Shown here piece by piece: positions 40,114-49,448 of a stretch of DNA of 64,000 bases (its first letter is position 1; the number at the start of each line of letters is the position of its first letter). The stretch is from NCBI GenBank assembly GCA_038824035.1, contig JAWBBW010000007.1:1-64000 (forward strand), written 5' to 3'. Origin of the DNA: Desulfurococcaceae archaeon. GTDB lineage: Archaea > Thermoproteota > Thermoprotei_A > Sulfolobales > Desulfurococcaceae. The position numbers and the translations under genes are program-made. Below the pieces are notes generated by a model, which ran no database searches, had not been told where the DNA came from, and saw nothing but the letters and a program-made list of their open reading frames with translations.

Positions 40114-40725
40114 ATGTTTTTAAGCTTTGATTTATTTCACATAGCCCTAAGGGTGAGGCCTATAGTCTCGTATCTTGAATTGTTCACGGAGTTTTTAAAA
40201 ATAGGCTTATTCATGTTTGGAGGTGGATATGGAGGTATAGCGCTACTATATAAGGAAATAGTTGAGATAAAAAAATGGATCAGCGAAGAGGAATTCCTGT
40301 ATATATTGGGAATAGCTGAGAGCACGCCTGGCCCCATAGCGATAAACTCTGCCACATGGATCGGCTATATATTGGGGAAATTACCAGGTTCAATAATAGC
40401 CACTGTCGGCGTTGTCTTACCTGCATATATTGTCACGATTCTAATTGTAATGGCTTTAAGACCGTACATGGAGCATTGGGTAGTTAAAGCCCTATTACAG
40501 GGTATTTCGGCCGCTGTCGTGGCACTGATATTATATGCTTTCGTGAAATTAGCAAAATCAATTATATTGACACAGGGAGCATTGCCTATAAACCCTGTGA
40601 CATTGGTGATATTTGTGATATCCTTTGCATTGCTGTACTTTGCCGGGCAACACCCGATATTCGTAATAGTAGTATCGGCCATAATGGGTATATTATTCAA
40701 AATCCTCAGCACACATGTATGGTGA
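40114..40725 (+). CDS. chrA: Short-chain chromate transporter (CHR family)
   Basis: FLKIG-x-FGGG, ESTPGPIA motifs; start uncertain. Confidence 0.85.
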   Translation: MFLSFDLFHIALRVRPIVSYLELFTEFLKIGLFMFGGGYGGIALLYKEIVEIKKWISEEEFLYILGIAESTPGPIAINSATWIGYILGKLPGSIIATVGVVLPAYIVTILIVMALRPYMEHWVVKALLQGISAAVVALILYAFVKLAKSIILTQGALPINPVTLVIFVISFALLYFAGQHPIFVIVVSAIMGILFKILSTHVW

Positions 40726-40778
40726 AAAGTATTTTGCTTTTATTCTACCCTTTAATTAAAAAAATTGGTGTAAAATCG

Positions 40779-42215
40779 TTGGATGAAAGAGTATTGCACT
40801 ATGTATTGGATAGAGGCACGAACCTAGGCGCATCCTATGTTGAAGCCAGATATCAAAGAGACCACGAGTTCGAGGTCATTGTCCGCAATGGTAAATTACT
40901 TGGAGCGAACTCTACTGAGAAAAAGGGCGTTGGAATAAGAGTGATTGCCGATAACGTCCTCAGTTTTTCCTCCTCAAATAGGATAAATATACGGGATTTA
41001 CTCGACACAGTTGAATCAGCTGTTTCAAAGGCTAAAGCTATTTCGAAATTCGTTAAAAGCCCTGTCAGTTTCTCAAATGAAAAACTCGGTAGTATAAGTT
41101 ACAGTGTTACATGTAAGAGACGTGTCGAAGACCTGACCATAGAGGACGTATTGGAACTAGGCAAGAATATATATGAATCGGCTAAAAACGCGTTACGAGA
41201 AGCCAAGCTCCAATTCCTGACATTCACTATTAAAATAAACATACAGGAAAAAATGGTTATCAATACCGATGGCGCTTTCATAAGGTCACGTATTCCACGT
41301 ATTCACGCAATGTATAATATGGTGTTGTCAAGTCCCCACAAGGGCGTTTTACAAAGAGTTAGAGAGTTTGGAGGTACAGGTGGATTAGAGCTAATTAGCC
41401 AGTGGGATATACCACATGAAGCTGGCAAAGAGGCCGCTAACTTGGAAAACGTTCTCCTAAATGGTGTTCAACCCCCCTCCGAGAAGCTCGACATAGTATT
41501 AGGTCCCGAAGTTGTTGGATTAATAATACATGAATCCGCCGGTCACCCCATGGAGGCTGATAGGATATTGGGAAGAGAGGCAGCACAAGCGGGGGAATCT
41601 TTCGTGAAACCATATATGATTGGGAAACAAAAGATCGGCAATGAATTTGCAACAGTCATAGAAGACCCAGGTATTCCCGGTAGCTATGGTTTTTACCTAT
41701 ATGATGATGAAGGTGTGCGAGCAAGGCCTAGGTATTTATATAAATCCGGCATAGTGAATGAACCTCTCCATAATAGACATACAGCCTATTTATTTAACAC
41801 CTCGAGTAACGGGGCATCTAGGTCTATGGATTATGCCTCGGAACCCATTGTGAGGATGAGCAATACCTATCTGCAACCAGGAGAAATGGATTTCGAGGAG
41901 CTAATAGAAGATATCGAATTTGGGATTTACATAAAATCATACATGGAGTGGAATATCGATGACATAAGGTGGAACCAGAGATATGTTGGATTAGAATCAT
42001 ATTTAATCACACACGGGGAGTTATCACAACCAGTTAGAAACCCCGTGATTGAATTCACGACGAAGTGGTTCTATAGCAATATAGTTAGCGTCGATAAGAA
42101 CCTAATGTTTTATCCGGGCACATGTGGAAAAGGTGAACCTTCGCAAGGAGTTCCAGTATGGTTTGGAGGGCCAAACGTTAGATTAACCAAAGCAAGAGTG
42201 GGGATGATGATATGA
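40779..42215 (+). CDS. tldD: TldD metalloprotease
   Basis: HES-x-GH-x-E-x-D, YDDEG, RMSNT, CGKG-x-Q; TTG 40779 follows GGTG. Confidence 0.92.
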   Translation: MDERVLHYVLDRGTNLGASYVEARYQRDHEFEVIVRNGKLLGANSTEKKGVGIRVIADNVLSFSSSNRINIRDLLDTVESAVSKAKAISKFVKSPVSFSNEKLGSISYSVTCKRRVEDLTIEDVLELGKNIYESAKNALREAKLQFLTFTIKINIQEKMVINTDGAFIRSRIPRIHAMYNMVLSSPHKGVLQRVREFGGTGGLELISQWDIPHEAGKEAANLENVLLNGVQPPSEKLDIVLGPEVVGLIIHESAGHPMEADRILGREAAQAGESFVKPYMIGKQKIGNEFATVIEDPGIPGSYGFYLYDDEGVRARPRYLYKSGIVNEPLHNRHTAYLFNTSSNGASRSMDYASEPIVRMSNTYLQPGEMDFEELIEDIEFGIYIKSYMEWNIDDIRWNQRYVGLESYLITHGELSQPVRNPVIEFTTKWFYSNIVSVDKNLMFYPGTCGKGEPSQGVPVWFGGPNVRLTKARVGMMI

Positions 42216-43546
42216 GCTCCGATATATTGGATATCGGACATTTTCTCATAAAGGCGCTCAGCAAGTCGTTTGATGAAATAATTACTAAGTTGATGCATAT
42301 AAATAGGACCATGGTTAAACTGTGGAACAACGAACCTTCGATCATTCAATCTTGGTCCATTTTACGCGTCGAGCTACGATTAACTAGATCAAAGAGAACG
42401 TGGATCCTTAGACATGAAGTCGAGAACCCACTCGATATCGTAAAGCTAGCCGAGAGGTTTCACGTAATCGCTGAAAAAATGGAGGAAACAGAGCTATATG
42501 CACCATTACCGGATCCCGTTAGTTATAAACCAGTGGAAGGGATATATGACGGGAGGATCGAAAATGTGGCCAAAGACCCTAGCAAGATAGCCGAGATGAT
42601 TGTGGATGAAGCCCTGGCACAAGGCGTTGATAGAGTGGCGGGCACTATTACATTAAGCTCTGTGCATAGAGCGTTGATCACGAGTAAAGGTTTCGAAGGC
42701 CTTGAGCGTAAATCAAGCATAGAGGCATATATAAGAGCGTTTAAAGGCGAGTACAGCGGACATTGGGCTTATGCGTCGACAAAAATAGATATGAACAAAT
42801 TAAGAGAAGTCGGTAGAAAGGCCGGTCATTACGCAACAATAATGTGTAACAAGGCAGAGTTCACGCCTGGTAAATACGATATAGTCATATCACCACTCGT
42901 AGTCGGTAATTTATTCAACTACATAGCAAATATGGCCTCGGCATTTAACGTGATGGTCGGTTACTCTATGTTTATTAAGTACAGGCCCGGAGATGTTGTT
43001 GGGTCTGAGGCAATCAGCCTAATCGACAGACCACGAGAGCCTATGCTACCTGGTGCATGTGGATTTGACGATGAAGGCGTAGAGACATATGACAAGCCTT
43101 TGATTGAAAGAGGCGTATTTAAGGGATATCTCCACAACACTGCAACTGCAATTAAAATGAACGAGAAAACAACTGGCAACGCTAATTGGATGGTTCCACG
43201 TGCATGGAACCTCGAGATAACACCAGGATCTATAAAGGAAGATGAACTACCCTCAGAACTTAGGAATGGCGTGATTATAATGAATAATTGGTATACCAGG
43301 TTACAGAACTACATAGAGGGATTGTTTTCAACAGTATCCAAAGATGCTGTTTTCATCGTTAAAAACGGCGAGATAGCTGGACAAGTGGATAGAGTCAGAA
43401 TAGCATGTTCATTCCCACATATATTAAGCAATATTGTGGGGGCTTCAAGGGAATTATATAGCATCTCATGGTGGGAGGTACAAATACCGACTATGGCACC
43501 CTATCTCTTAATAAGAGATGTGCCACTGACCAAGCCCGAGATTTAA
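42212..43546 (+). CDS. pmbA: TldE/PmbA partner subunit
   Basis: FDDEG, TTGNA, no HExxH motif; coupled to tldD. Confidence 0.88.
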   Translation: MSSDILDIGHFLIKALSKSFDEIITKLMHINRTMVKLWNNEPSIIQSWSILRVELRLTRSKRTWILRHEVENPLDIVKLAERFHVIAEKMEETELYAPLPDPVSYKPVEGIYDGRIENVAKDPSKIAEMIVDEALAQGVDRVAGTITLSSVHRALITSKGFEGLERKSSIEAYIRAFKGEYSGHWAYASTKIDMNKLREVGRKAGHYATIMCNKAEFTPGKYDIVISPLVVGNLFNYIANMASAFNVMVGYSMFIKYRPGDVVGSEAISLIDRPREPMLPGACGFDDEGVETYDKPLIERGVFKGYLHNTATAIKMNEKTTGNANWMVPRAWNLEITPGSIKEDELPSELRNGVIIMNNWYTRLQNYIEGLFSTVSKDAVFIVKNGEIAGQVDRVRIACSFPHILSNIVGASRELYSISWWEVQIPTMAPYLLIRDVPLTKPEI

Positions 43547-43616
43547 AAAATTACTAAAAACATCGTGTCTACTTAGCCTAAATAGGCATAGGCATTTTCT
43601 CGAGATCATGCATTAT

Positions 43617-44315
43617 CTAGGTATTTTCCAATACAACAACCTGCATTGGCTGTTTAACTGGTAATTGACTCTCTGGTTGTTTTCCAACCTGTCCTGGAGC
43701 CATCACTGATATAGGCATGGATTCTAACGCCTCTATGCGATCAAGGTGTTTTTTAACAGAATCCTTTTCATTAGATAGTATTTCGAGGCTCTTACGCAAT
43801 AGATCCATGGCGGTCTTATATGGTTTCTCATATATCTCACCGCTAATGTAACTAACCTTTAAAAATGTCATGGCCTTTTCAACTTCCACTATCTGATCTT
43901 CGATGTCGTGTATTCTCTTTCTCAACATTTCCTTGGTGTTCTTAACTTCTTCTTTGACCTTGACCAGGTTTTCATCAAGTTTCTTCTTATATTCTTCATA
44001 GGCATGTGCTGGTATCTCTTTCCTTGCATAGAGTTCATCCAGTGCAGCAAGCCTGGATTTTATTCTCTTCAACCTGTTCTCGACCATTATCGCGTTGTAC
44101 TCCCATTCTGGTATTAGGATTATATTGCCCTCCTCGAATCTAAACCTGTCTATGCTTATTTGCTTGAAGTCATTGTCTCCGAAACTGACCTCGAAACTCA
44201 ACACATTTCCATCCGAATCGCTGTAAAAACCGATCACATATCCCACTCGCCTCCCATAGGGGTCATTCACAGGTTTACCCAGGTATTCCCCTACCTTGTC
44301 AACACTCAAAGACAT
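43617..44315 (-). CDS. cdvA: Cell-division protein CdvA
   Basis: PRC barrel (GK-x-V-x-DPYGR-x-G), PEW, coiled coil, ISGEI-x-E-x-Y, and a C-terminal PMQVVVL tail. Confidence 0.82.
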   Translation of the reverse strand: MSLSVDKVGEYLGKPVNDPYGRRVGYVIGFYSDSDGNVLSFEVSFGDNDFKQISIDRFRFEEGNIILIPEWEYNAIMVENRLKRIKSRLAALDELYARKEIPAHAYEEYKKKLDENLVKVKEEVKNTKEMLRKRIHDIEDQIVEVEKAMTFLKVSYISGEIYEKPYKTAMDLLRKSLEILSNEKDSVKKHLDRIEALESMPISVMAPGQVGKQPESQLPVKQPMQVVVLENT

Positions 44316-44420
44316 TCACTTCACCAACGGGTTAATGGCATTGACATGCTTTAAAAACCCCAGGATTTTTAAAACCGAGTTTAATTAACAGGAAAAACTT
44401 GGTCTAGGCAATTATTCCTT

Positions 44421-44493
44421 TATACCCTGCATTAAAATCTCCGAGGATCGCGATACACGCTTCACCCTTATTGAGGAGCAATAGAGGCAGGGT
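44421..44493 (-). ncRNA. Candidate H/ACA pseudouridylation guide hairpin
   Basis: ACCCTGC/GCAGGGT lower stem, 8+8-nt pocket, upper stem with a GGGTGA...GATCC K-turn, followed by ATA (ANA box). Confidence 0.6.
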
Positions 44494-44500
44494 TAATCAT

Positions 44501-44561
44501 CTATCAGAAGCCTGGCACCTGTCATCGCCAATGGCTACACGCTTTTAACCATCATCATCGA
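44501..44561 (-). ncRNA. Box C/D guide sRNA
   Basis: C ATGATGA (44552-44558), C' GCGATGA, D CTGA (44504-44507); TATA-like TTTAAA about 25 nt upstream. Confidence 0.72.
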
Positions 44562-44610
44562 GTAATCCTAACCCGCCCTCTCCTTTAAATTTTTTCCAAA
44601 AACCATTGAT

Positions 44611-44871
44611 ATGTCGGTGAATGAAATGGGCTTAGAAGCGGCTAGCAAGGTCATAGATGTTTTGCTCAGTGCATTTAAGGGAGTGAGTGGCATTGGAACA
44701 ATTGTATTTATGATAGGGTTCTTCATAGCTCTTATATTGTTACTCGGCATTGCATTGACACTATTGATAAGGGCACTAAAACTATTACCTAGTCTAACAG
44801 TAGGACAGTTCCTGAAATTGATCGCAATAATAGGTATAGGGCTCATGGTACTGGGATTAATACTGCCGTAA
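44611..44871 (+). CDS. Small membrane protein
   Basis: Two hydrophobic segments; GGTGA before ATG. Confidence 0.7.
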   Translation: MSVNEMGLEAASKVIDVLLSAFKGVSGIGTIVFMIGFFIALILLLGIALTLLIRALKLLPSLTVGQFLKLIAIIGIGLMVLGLILP

Positions 44872-44939
44872 TACCTGGATTTTCGATTTTGAATTGGATA
44901 AAAAAATTCAATTTATCTAATTCATCAATTTATTTAAAA

Positions 44940-46256
44940 TCACGGTTTTCGTGGAAAAACCTTGAAACCCAGATATCGTGGTTTTTCCAATTCCTCAAAT
45001 ATTTCGAGCAATCTATTGTATTTACATGTCCTTTCACTTCTCGCCGGTGCACCTGTCTTTATAAGCCCTGTTGAAAGGCCTACAGATATATCAGCTATTG
45101 CCATGTCCTCTGTTTCACCACTTCTATGACTTATTATCGCTCTATAATCATTCTCATGTGCGATCTCAACTACGTCCATGGTCTCTGTTAATGTTCCTAT
45201 CTGGTTCACTTTGACTAATACGGCGTTAGCGGCTTTTTTCTCGATACCTAGTTTTAGTCTCGATGGATTTGTGGTAAATAGATCATCACCCACGATCAAT
45301 ACCCTGGAACCCAGCTCCCTGGTCATTATATGAAATCCCTCGAAGTCCTCTTCGTGTAATGGATCTTCAATACTAACTATTGGATAATTTTCAATTAGCT
45401 TTTCATAAAACGCGATCATATCATCTTTACTTCGTTCTTCACCATCTACTAGGTAAACACCCTTGTCCTCTCTGTAAAGCCTTGAACTAGCCGCATCTAT
45501 GGCCAATGCCACCTGATCTCCTGGTTGATAGCCGGCTTTCCTTATAGCTTCTAGTAACAGCTCAAGGGCATCTATCGTTCTCTCGAGTGGTGGAGCATAA
45601 CCCCCTTCATCACCTACATTGATGGCAATTGAACCATATTTCTCCTTTATAATAGACTTAAGGACATGATATATCTCCACTGATGCTTTTAAAGCATCCG
45701 CAAAATTCTTAAAGCCAGCTGGTACAATCATGAACTCCTGGAAGTCAAGCTTATTACCAGCATGCACTCCTCCATTTATTACATTCAACATGGGCACCGG
45801 CAATATATTAGCGGCCTTTCCTCCAAGGTACATGTATAATGGTAATCCAAGTGTAGAAGCCGTTGCCTTTGCCACCGCTAGGCTTGTCGCTACTATGGCA
45901 TTCCCGCCAATTCTACTTTTATTCGGGGTCCCATCTATCTCTATCATCTTTCTATCTATTTCTCTCTGATTAGCGGCATTCATGCCAATAATAGCCGGTG
46001 CGATTACCTTGTTTACGTTCTCCACAGCCTTTGAAACACCTTTTCCCAGGAAATCTTTGCCTCCATCTCTTAGTTCGACAGCTTCATTTTTACCGGTTGA
46101 AGCACCGCTAGGAGCGTTAGCTATCCCTACTCCATAACCTTCTGTAATGACTTTTACCTGTACTGTGGGGTTTCCTCTACTATCTAAGATCATCCTAGCT
46201 TTAACGTTTTTTATTATCAGAGACTCCCAGTATATATCATGAATCGACATGACCAA
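44940..46256 (-). CDS. eno: Enolase
   Basis: DSRGNPTV, PSGASTG, GDEGG, VKVNQIGT, SHRSGET. Confidence 0.98.
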   Translation of the reverse strand: MVMSIHDIYWESLIIKNVKARMILDSRGNPTVQVKVITEGYGVGIANAPSGASTGKNEAVELRDGGKDFLGKGVSKAVENVNKVIAPAIIGMNAANQREIDRKMIEIDGTPNKSRIGGNAIVATSLAVAKATASTLGLPLYMYLGGKAANILPVPMLNVINGGVHAGNKLDFQEFMIVPAGFKNFADALKASVEIYHVLKSIIKEKYGSIAINVGDEGGYAPPLERTIDALELLLEAIRKAGYQPGDQVALAIDAASSRLYREDKGVYLVDGEERSKDDMIAFYEKLIENYPIVSIEDPLHEEDFEGFHIMTRELGSRVLIVGDDLFTTNPSRLKLGIEKKAANAVLVKVNQIGTLTETMDVVEIAHENDYRAIISHRSGETEDMAIADISVGLSTGLIKTGAPARSERTCKYNRLLEIFEELEKPRYLGFKVFPRKP

Positions 46257-46268
46257 TCCCCAAGAGGT

Positions 46269-46583
46269 TTGAATGCCTTGGAGAAGTTATTATTTATTAT
46301 CCATGTAATTGCCTCATATATTGCGTGGGTTATGATCACTATAACCATGTATGATAAAATTAAAAATAAACTGGTTTATTCATGTTTCCCGGTAATTCTA
46401 TATTCACTTCCATCATTACTTAATCAGGTAAGCGATGTATTCAAGGCATCCGGGCTTATATGCCTATTGTTAGCATTAACATTGAATATATCTAGAAATG
46501 GAGGCAGAGACCTCCTAGAAACCGTTTTTATCCCTTCGCCAGTTATAATTAACCTCGTGTACTACATATTAGCGGCGATTTAG
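46269..46583 (+). CDS. Probable small membrane protein
   Basis: TTG after GAGG, about four hydrophobic stretches, ends 2 nt before the next gene. Confidence 0.4.
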   Translation: MNALEKLLFIIHVIASYIAWVMITITMYDKIKNKLVYSCFPVILYSLPSLLNQVSDVFKASGLICLLLALTLNISRNGGRDLLETVFIPSPVIINLVYYILAAI

Positions 46584-46585
46584 AC

Positions 46586-46888
46586 ATGAGTGGTAAACAA
46601 CCACAAAGATGTTCAAGATGTGGTTCTACAAACACCGAAATAACTAGGACATGGCATCTTACAGCCCCCATACCCGATAGCATGGGAAGGATTACTGTGA
46701 CGGTTATGGGGGCTGTAAGATGCAAGGACTGTGGATATTCATGGAAAGCCGTTATAAGCAAGATCAAAGTAGGGGGTAAAAGCGTGGAGATCGAAGGTAA
46801 AAAAGTGCTCGAAGAGGAGAAAGAAGAGAGAAGAGTAAAAGAAATCGTTCTCGATTTATCAGAGATACTTAGCGAGAAGGATAAGTGA
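46586..46888 (+). CDS. Zinc-ribbon protein with Cren7-like core and charged tail
   Basis: CxxC...TW-x-L-x-AP...V-x-MG-x-RCxxCG-x-WK pattern. Confidence 0.65.
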   Translation: MSGKQPQRCSRCGSTNTEITRTWHLTAPIPDSMGRITVTVMGAVRCKDCGYSWKAVISKIKVGGKSVEIEGKKVLEEEKEERRVKEIVLDLSEILSEKDK

Positions 46889-46894
46889 GCGCCA

Positions 46895-47362
46895 TTGACC
46901 ACTGTAAACAACATCTATTATCACTTGAGATCCTTGTTAAAATACCTGCTCCTCATCTTTATGATATCATTAGTTGCCATCACGTTATATAACATTGTAA
47001 TCAAGGGCGAGACACCATTAGCCGTAGTCAAGGGAAATAGTATGTTACCACTTCTCAGGGAAGGGGATATAGTGATCATTATAAAGGCCAATGCAGAAGA
47101 GATCAAACCAGGTGATATCATTGTTTACAAAGCAGGAGATAAGCTCATTATACACAGGGTTATAGAAATAAGACGTATGAGTGGCGATCTATATTTCGTA
47201 ACTAAGGGCGATAATAATCCAATGAGCGATTTCATATATTTCGATAATCTGATCGGAATACATCATAGCAGAGTTGTGGGTAAAGTATTTTCAATAAATC
47301 AACATGTATTTAAAATACCTTATCTCGGCTATCTCTCACTTATGTTTAGGAACAATTCCTAA
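46895..47362 (+). CDS. Signal peptidase I (Sec11-type)
   Basis: GNSMLP-x-GD, IIHRV, TKGDNN. Confidence 0.92.
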   Translation: MTTVNNIYYHLRSLLKYLLLIFMISLVAITLYNIVIKGETPLAVVKGNSMLPLLREGDIVIIIKANAEEIKPGDIIVYKAGDKLIIHRVIEIRRMSGDLYFVTKGDNNPMSDFIYFDNLIGIHHSRVVGKVFSINQHVFKIPYLGYLSLMFRNNS

Positions 47363-47363
47363 A

Positions 47364-49433
47364 CTAATACAAATTCTCCATCACTATTTCCTTAACCCAC
47401 TTGCCTACAAGCCTTGATCTCTTTATAAAAACCAGGTATTCGTTAAAAGATACGCGCTTTCTCTTTGACCATTCTTCATATATTTTTCTAACGTTTTCCC
47501 GTGCCATGTAATGGTATTTACAAAGTCCATTGGAATAATTGTCTCTCATACATCCTTTAATCACGCATTTATCAACAGGCTCAATGATACCTAATCTGCT
47601 CGCTAATCGAAGACCGATTTTTTCCTTGTTAGCATCGAATCTCTTGATCAAATCATTCAGTACCACTTTGGCCTCGTCTATAACTTCGTGTTTTTTCTTC
47701 ACACCATTCCTGATATCGATCATCAGTTTTTCAAATTTTCTCGTTAAATTCACACTTGTCAAATCAGGGAAAAACTCTTCGAGAATCTCGATAACCCCGT
47801 AACCAAGGTCTGTTACATCTACGCCATTTCTAGACTGTGTTAAATATCCTCTTTCAAATAATTTTTCAATTATTTGAGCCCTCGTGGATTCTGTTCCGAT
47901 CTCAACGTTCTCCATCCATCTTAACATATCTATTTTCTTCAATCTTTGCGGAGGTTTAGTATAAGTTTCTCTAGCTTTCACATCTACCACTAATAATCTT
48001 TCACCTTCTCTGAGAGATGGTAATTCTCTTGACTTGATCGTGTGAAATGGGTAATAACTGAGCCAGCCCTCGTGTTCTATCACCTGACCCGTTGCCAGGA
48101 ACCGTTGATCTCCACTGGGAGTCCTTAAGATCATTTTTACACTGGATATAACCAATGGCGTTGAAAACGCTGCTAAAAATCTCCTCGTTATTAGATCATA
48201 TATAAGCCATTGATCCCTGTTCAATTTTCCTGGAATAACACCAGTGGGGTATATGGCTGGATGTGCTGGATCGTCTTTTTCCCCTTCAACTGGCCTTAAA
48301 ACACCCATGGTCTCTTTTAATAGTTTTTGAACAAGTTTTTCGTAGCTCGGTATTTGCTTCAGTTTCTCGATGATATCCCTATAATTAAGTGTGGATGGTA
48401 GTTTTTGGCTATTTGTACGCGGATAACTTATCAAGGCATCTAGGTATAATTGCTCAGCTATTTCCTGTGTTTTGGAGGGGCTAAAACCATATATCTTTGC
48501 CGCCTCTTCTTGCAGATCCCCCAGGTTAAATGGAGGCGGTGGATTGATCTCACGTCTTGATTTCTCGTATTTCTCTAAGATCAGATATCCTTGTTTCTTC
48601 ACGTTCTCGACTATTTTTAGAGCTATGTCTTTTCTTTCAACTGGATTGCCAACGTATTCTAGCTCCATTCTCTTTCCATTTTTCTCGACAACTACTTTCA
48701 CAACGTACTGAGGTACTGGGATAAAGAGATTTCGCTCAATATATACATCCACAACGTATTTTAACAAAGGCGTTTGAACTCTACCAGCACTCAGTATCAA
48801 CTTGTTTCCGCTATTTACATAGTTATTGACAGCACTCATTAAAGCTCTACTAACGTTTATACCCCATATCCAATCCAATTCATGTCTACACATGCCAGCC
48901 TCGATCATGTTATAATCAAGGCTTGATAGCTTGTCGAAAGAAGTCCTTAATTCTTGAGGTGTTAAACTGGAGAATTTGACCCTGAATGCTCGTCTCTCAT
49001 CGCCATTGAATTTTATTATCATATAGCCTATAACGCTGCCCTCGATATCATAGTCACATGCATTCACATAGTAATCACATAGTTTGCACATTTCCTTTAG
49101 AACGAGTAAATATTTCTTAGTATACGCCTTATCCTCGTTAACAATATAGGCTGGTACCCACTCGTACTCGAAAACCGGATAATTCCTAGCCCTTGTATAT
49201 AATTCATATAAGTGCCCAACAGAGCTGGCCACGATTATTGTTTGCCCCTTACCCTGGATCTCATATAATGTAACTTCATTCACTCTCTTAATAAGAGGTC
49301 TCGGCGAAAGCGCTTCCGCTATTTTTCTAGCCGCTTTCGGCTTCTCGGCTATAACCAGTATCTTACCCTTTAAATCCCATATTCTCGTACCACTTGGAGA
49401 TCGGCTTTCTGAAAAAGCGATTTTCCAATTCAA
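47364..49433 (-). CDS. topA: Type IA DNA topoisomerase
   Basis: AEKP, DYDIEG (Toprim), SAGRVQTP, ISYPRT, AHPAIYPT. Confidence 0.96.
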   Translation of the reverse strand: MNWKIAFSESRSPSGTRIWDLKGKILVIAEKPKAARKIAEALSPRPLIKRVNEVTLYEIQGKGQTIIVASSVGHLYELYTRARNYPVFEYEWVPAYIVNEDKAYTKKYLLVLKEMCKLCDYYVNACDYDIEGSVIGYMIIKFNGDERRAFRVKFSSLTPQELRTSFDKLSSLDYNMIEAGMCRHELDWIWGINVSRALMSAVNNYVNSGNKLILSAGRVQTPLLKYVVDVYIERNLFIPVPQYVVKVVVEKNGKRMELEYVGNPVERKDIALKIVENVKKQGYLILEKYEKSRREINPPPPFNLGDLQEEAAKIYGFSPSKTQEIAEQLYLDALISYPRTNSQKLPSTLNYRDIIEKLKQIPSYEKLVQKLLKETMGVLRPVEGEKDDPAHPAIYPTGVIPGKLNRDQWLIYDLITRRFLAAFSTPLVISSVKMILRTPSGDQRFLATGQVIEHEGWLSYYPFHTIKSRELPSLREGERLLVVDVKARETYTKPPQRLKKIDMLRWMENVEIGTESTRAQIIEKLFERGYLTQSRNGVDVTDLGYGVIEILEEFFPDLTSVNLTRKFEKLMIDIRNGVKKKHEVIDEAKVVLNDLIKRFDANKEKIGLRLASRLGIIEPVDKCVIKGCMRDNYSNGLCKYHYMARENVRKIYEEWSKRKRVSFNEYLVFIKRSRLVGKWVKEIVMENLY

Positions 49434-49448
49434 TGTAAAACCCCGAAT

